The notes beneath the pieces are model-generated. The model was not told where the DNA came from, ran no database searches, and was given only the letters and a program-made list of their open reading frames with translations. Of a DNA stretch of 64,000 bases, positions 60,001 through 64,000 are shown piece after piece (position 1 is the first letter of the stretch; each line of letters begins with the position of its first letter). The DNA is from Vulcanimicrobiota bacterium (lineage in GTDB: Bacteria; Vulcanimicrobiota; Vulcanimicrobiia; Eremiobacterales; Eremiobacteraceae): positions 768,001 through 832,000 of the forward strand of contig CAWETU010000001.1 in NCBI GenBank assembly GCA_963812135.1, read 5' to 3'. The position numbers and the translations under genes are program-made.

Positions 60001-61533
60001 ATGAGCAGGCAGAAAGCATTCGTCAATGCCGACGTCACCACGTTGCATGCGGCGCAGCCGCGTGCGCGCGGCGTGCTGGTGCGCGATGGACGGATCGAGC
60101 GGCTGATCGAGGGCGTGCCGGTCGGCCTGCCGCGCGACGTTGAGATCGTCGACTGCGGCGGGGCGGCGTTGCTGCCCGGATTTCATGATTGTCATGTCCA
60201 TTTCACCGACACCGGGTTGCTGGCCGGCCCGTACGACATGCGCGACTGTGGGGACGTCGCTTCGATGCTGGGCCGGGTTGGCGAGCTTTGCGCCAGCCAA
60301 GCGTCATCCGATCCGCTGTACGCCGGCAATTTCGATGAGCAGCTGCTCGCGGAGCATCGGCCGCCGACGCGCGCCGAGCTCGATCGCGTCGCGCCCGACC
60401 GGCCGGTGCTGCTCACGCGCGTCGATGGTCACTCGAGCGTCGTCAACAGCGCCGCGCTCCATGCACTTGACGTCGGCGCGCTGGAGGGCGTCGAACTCGA
60501 CGAAGCGGGGGTGCCCACCGGGCAGCTGCGCGCTGCGGCGAACTATGCGGCGCAGAATGGCATCTTCGCGCGGCTGAGCGACGCGAGCAAGCGCGCCGCC
60601 GACGCGCGCGCCGCCGGCGTCGCTCTGCGCGCGGGCATCACGACGGCGCACAATGTGATCGTCGGCGACGAACCGCTCGAACGGCTCGAGGCGCAGTACC
60701 GAGGCGACGCAGCATTGCCGTTGCGCGTGATCTCCAAGACCTGCTCGAGCGACGTCGGCAAGGTCAAGCGCCTTGGCCGGCGCGTGTTCGGCGGCGACAT
60801 CTTCGTCGACGGCTCCATCGGTTCGCGCACAGCGGCAGTGAGCCACCCGTATCGCGACGGCGCGGGCGAAGGCATCCTGTATTTCACGCGGCAGCAGCTC
60901 ACCGAGCTCTTCGACGAGGCGTCCGAAGCGGGGCTGTCGCTCGGGGTGCACGCCATCGGCGATCGCGCCATCGAGGAGACCATCGCTGCTTGGGAGGCGG
61001 TGATCGCCAAACGCGGCCCGCTCACGAGCGTGCGGCCGTCGATCGACCACTTCGAGATCGCCACCAGTGATCAGATCGTGCGCGCGGCAAACTGCGGCAT
61101 GCTGCTCTCGGTCCAACCTGCATTCGACCAGCTGTGGGGCGGCACGGACGGGATGTACACGCGCCGGCTCGGCGAACCGGTCGCGGTCACGATGAATCTT
61201 TTCGCAAGCGCGAAGGTTGCCGGTTGCGTGATCTGCGGCGGGTCCGACTCGCCGGTGACTTCATTCTCCGCGCTGCTTGGGATCCACGGTTTGATGAACC
61301 ATCACGTCGCCGCCGAGCGATTCAGTGCAGCGGACGCGCTGCGCGCCTACACCGCAGACGCGGCGAAGCTGTCGTTCGACGAACTGCGCCGGGGTATCAT
61401 CGCCCCTGGCTTCGACGCCGATTTCGCGATCCTCGAGCGATCGCCGGATGCCGTGCCGCGCGAGACCGTCAAAGATCTGCGCGTGGTGATGACGGTCGTC
61501 GCCGGCGAGATTCGATGGGATTCAAGATTATGA
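60001..61533 (+). CDS. Amidohydrolase (Amidohydro_3/YtcJ-like)
   Basis: LPGFHDCHVH, DGSIGSRTA, VHAIGDRA, GGSDSP, DADFAIL. Confidence 0.9.
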   Translation: MSRQKAFVNADVTTLHAAQPRARGVLVRDGRIERLIEGVPVGLPRDVEIVDCGGAALLPGFHDCHVHFTDTGLLAGPYDMRDCGDVASMLGRVGELCASQASSDPLYAGNFDEQLLAEHRPPTRAELDRVAPDRPVLLTRVDGHSSVVNSAALHALDVGALEGVELDEAGVPTGQLRAAANYAAQNGIFARLSDASKRAADARAAGVALRAGITTAHNVIVGDEPLERLEAQYRGDAALPLRVISKTCSSDVGKVKRLGRRVFGGDIFVDGSIGSRTAAVSHPYRDGAGEGILYFTRQQLTELFDEASEAGLSLGVHAIGDRAIEETIAAWEAVIAKRGPLTSVRPSIDHFEIATSDQIVRAANCGMLLSVQPAFDQLWGGTDGMYTRRLGEPVAVTMNLFASAKVAGCVICGGSDSPVTSFSALLGIHGLMNHHVAAERFSAADALRAYTADAAKLSFDELRRGIIAPGFDADFAILERSPDAVPRETVKDLRVVMTVVAGEIRWDSRL

Positions 61534-61549
61534 TAAACAGGGGTGCTAA

Positions 61550-62140
61550 ATGTCGTTAGAGATCATCAGCACGACAGCGACGCTGATCACCGCTGCGGTC
61601 ATCGCCGCGACGGCGATCGCGGCGATCATCCAATTGCGGCACCTGCGCGCCGCGAATCAGATCACGGCGCTGTGGGCGGTTCAGAACGAGCTCGATAGCC
61701 AGGATTTTCGTGAAGCTGAGATCGTGGTCCGCACGGAGTTGGACAACGCGCTGGCCGATCCCCAGTACTGCCAGTTCGAGATCCGCATGTCACGCGGGGA
61801 CGTCCAACAAAAGGCCGACGATAGGTTCTTGAAAATTCGGCAGTCCGCGAACTTCATCGGGAACACGTTCGAGAACGTCGGTTCGATGGTGAAGAACGGC
61901 ATCTTGGACGAGCATCTGGTGATGGATATCTACTGTTGGATCGTGTTCTCGCATTGGAAGCGCCTGTCGGGCATCACGGCGCTGTCGCGCATCGCCACCG
62001 GGGAGCCGAGCATCTACGAGAACTTCGAGTACCTTGCGGTCTTATCGAAACGGTACTTGAAGGCGCATCCCGTCACGTACCCGCCAAATGTCGAACGCCT
62101 GAAGCTCGAAGTGCCGCCGGCCGCAAAGCCGTACCTATGA
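61550..62140 (+). CDS. Membrane-anchored hypothetical protein (DUF4760-like)
   Basis: N-terminal TM, FENVGSMVKNG, YENFEYLA. Confidence 0.7.
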   Translation: MSLEIISTTATLITAAVIAATAIAAIIQLRHLRAANQITALWAVQNELDSQDFREAEIVVRTELDNALADPQYCQFEIRMSRGDVQQKADDRFLKIRQSANFIGNTFENVGSMVKNGILDEHLVMDIYCWIVFSHWKRLSGITALSRIATGEPSIYENFEYLAVLSKRYLKAHPVTYPPNVERLKLEVPPAAKPYL

Positions 62141-62344
62141 TCCCTTGGCGAGCATCACTGAGCTGGACTTGATAACGGCGGTGACCGCATCGCCAGTCTT
62201 GAGCTCCAGCTCGTCGATCGCCTCAGCCGTCACGATGGCGACGATATGGTTGTCGCCCACGCGGACGTCGACTTTCGCCTGAAGTCCGTCGATCTTGATC
62301 GACTCGACGATCCCCGGCAGCTTATTCCGCGCGCTGAGCTTCAT
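62135..62344 (-). CDS. TOBE/Mop molybdate-binding protein
   Basis: MKLSARNKLPG...ELELKTGD.VTAVIKSSSV. Confidence 0.9.
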   Translation of the reverse strand: MKLSARNKLPGIVESIKIDGLQAKVDVRVGDNHIVAIVTAEAIDELELKTGDAVTAVIKSSSVMLAKGS

Positions 62345-62690
62345 TCACACCTTCCGTCGCTGCGCGATCGATGGAGAACGCCGCGATGAGCGTCGCACTG
62401 ACTGTTGGGTGGTCGATGTCGGCGCCGAGCAGCGCGCGCACGCGATCGAGCCGGTAGCGCACGCTATTGCGGTGCAAGAAGAGCGCGTCCGCCGTGATCG
62501 AGACGCTTGCGCCGCATGCGTAATACGCCCGCAGGGTCTTCTCGAGATCGCTGCCGCGCTCGGCATCGGCGCGCCGCAGCGCGAGCAAGAGCCGCCGGCA
62601 CGCATCCACCACGTCAGGGTCGCGCGCCGCAGCCGCCGCGGCGCGTTCGAGCACCTCGTGCGGGTCATGCAGGCGGCGCGGGGCGTCCAT
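62322..62690 (-). CDS. Stand-alone PucR/CdaR C-terminal HTH protein
   Basis: LEKTLRAY...TADALFLHRNSVRYRL. Confidence 0.8.
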   Translation of the reverse strand: MDAPRRLHDPHEVLERAAAAAARDPDVVDACRRLLLALRRADAERGSDLEKTLRAYYACGASVSITADALFLHRNSVRYRLDRVRALLGADIDHPTVSATLIAAFSIDRAATEGVNEAQRAE

Positions 62691-62751
62691 ACGACAAAAG
62701 GTTGCGCGCGCGGAGGGCGGGCCCCTACGTGCCGGGGAAAGAGTGCTCCCC

Positions 62752-64000
62752 GTGGCCAGTAACCTCAAGATAGGGTTCTCATCAATCGTGCGCATCGAGG
62801 CGCCCACGACGATCGGCACGTTCGCGCATATCGCGTCCGCCATCGCGGATGCCGGTGGGCGCATCGGTGCGGTCGACGTGAGCCGTGTCGGCATGAAGCG
62901 TGCGATCCGCGACATCAGCATCGACGTCGCCGATGAGGACCACCTGCACAAGGTGGTCGACGCGATCTCGCGGATCGACGGCGTGCGCGTCATGCACCTC
63001 ACCGATCGCACGTTCCTCGCGCACCTCGGCGGCAAGATCGAGGTCAATCCGAAGATCCCCGTGACCAATCGCGAGATACTCTCGCGCGTCTACACGCCGG
63101 GCGTCGCGCGCGTGAGCCTCGCGCTCGCCGAAGATCCGTCGAAGGCATACAGCCTCACCGTCAAGCGCAATATGGTCGCGATCGTCTCGGACGGCACCGC
63201 GGTGCTCGGGTTGGGTGACGTCGGGCCGTACGCCGCCCTGCCGGTGATGGAAGGCAAGGCGATGCTGTTCAAGCAGTTCGCCGGCGTGGACGCTTTCCCG
63301 ATCTGCCTGTCGACCACCGACCCGGATGAGATCGTGAAGACAGTCATCAACATCTCGCCGGTGTTCGGCGGCATCAACCTCGAAGACATCTCGTCGCCGC
63401 GCTGCTTCGAGATCGAACGGCGCTTGAGCGAGGCGCTGGAGATGCCCGTCATGCACGACGATCAGCATGGCACGGCGATCGTGATCCTCGCGGCGCTGAT
63501 CAACGCGCTCAAAGTTGTGCACAAAAAGATCGAAGACGTGCGCATCGTCATCAACGGCATCGGCGCGGCCGGCTCCGCGTGCGCGAAGATCTTGATCTCC
63601 GCGGGCGCCGGCGACGTCATCGGCGTCGATCGCAACGGCGCGCTGGTCGCGGGCCGCGATTATTCCGGCAACGCGATGCAGCAATGGGTCGCAGAGCATA
63701 GCAACAAGCAACGCCGTTCCGGCCCGCTCAGCGAGGTGCTCAAAGGCGCCGACGTCTTCATCGGGCTGTCGATGCCGAACATCGTCAGCGTCGAGGATCT
63801 GCAGCGCATGGCGAAAGATCCGATCGTGTTCGCGATGGCCAATCCTTTGCCGGAGATCGCGCCCGATATCGCGGAGCCGTATGTCGCGGTCATGGGCACA
63901 GGCCGCTCCGACTATCCGAACCAGATCAACAATCTGCTCGCATTTCCCGGTGTGTTCCGCGGCGCGCTCGACGCGCGCGCGCGCTGCATCAACGAACCCA
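62752..64000 (+). CDS. ACT-domain NAD(P)-dependent malic enzyme (3' end runs off window)
   Basis: Manual translation from GTG 62752: ACT-like N-terminus, YTPGVA, DGTAVLGLG, PVMEGKA, INLEDI, HDDQHGTA, TGRSDYPNQINN. Confidence 0.9.
   Translation, partial: MASNLKIGFSSIVRIEAPTTIGTFAHIASAIADAGGRIGAVDVSRVGMKRAIRDISIDVADEDHLHKVVDAISRIDGVRVMHLTDRTFLAHLGGKIEVNPKIPVTNREILSRVYTPGVARVSLALAEDPSKAYSLTVKRNMVAIVSDGTAVLGLGDVGPYAALPVMEGKAMLFKQFAGVDAFPICLSTTDPDEIVKTVINISPVFGGINLEDISSPRCFEIERRLSEALEMPVMHDDQHGTAIVILAALINALKVVHKKIEDVRIVINGIGAAGSACAKILISAGAGDVIGVDRNGALVAGRDYSGNAMQQWVAEHSNKQRRSGPLSEVLKGADVFIGLSMPNIVSVEDLQRMAKDPIVFAMANPLPEIAPDIAEPYVAVMGTGRSDYPNQINNLLAFPGVFRGALDARARCINEP

Overview
High-GC bacterial chromosomal window, mostly housekeeping/metabolic genes (icd, acnA, citrate synthase, type II NADH dehydrogenase, tryptophanase, queD/queE, rpoZ, EF-G paralogue, M1 and M16 peptidases, ABC transporters, tRNA-Leu(GAG), malic enzyme). 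The first ~11.5 kb is an accessory cluster and the best candidate for an undescribed system. It holds a divergent patatin-like phospholipase plus a secreted Cys-rich protein, then a SLOG + SLATT-like membrane protein, a triple TIR-like protein, a membrane-anchored nSTAND1 NTPase-WD40 (NLR-like) protein and a secreted toxin-less RHS/YD protein. I infer a nucleotide-signalling (Thoeris/NLR-like) conflict or defence module. Other signals: a GTAG-type REP-like palindrome family at convergent gene ends, back-to-back ECF promoters between sigK-rskA-like genes and a split DUF4331 pair, tandem palindromic operators before a creD-like gene, a probable ATC start codon for citrate synthase, and a structured leader before tnaA. 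Six +1 frameshifts in five genes are most likely sequencing insertion errors. All family calls come from motif recognition by eye; no database searches were run.
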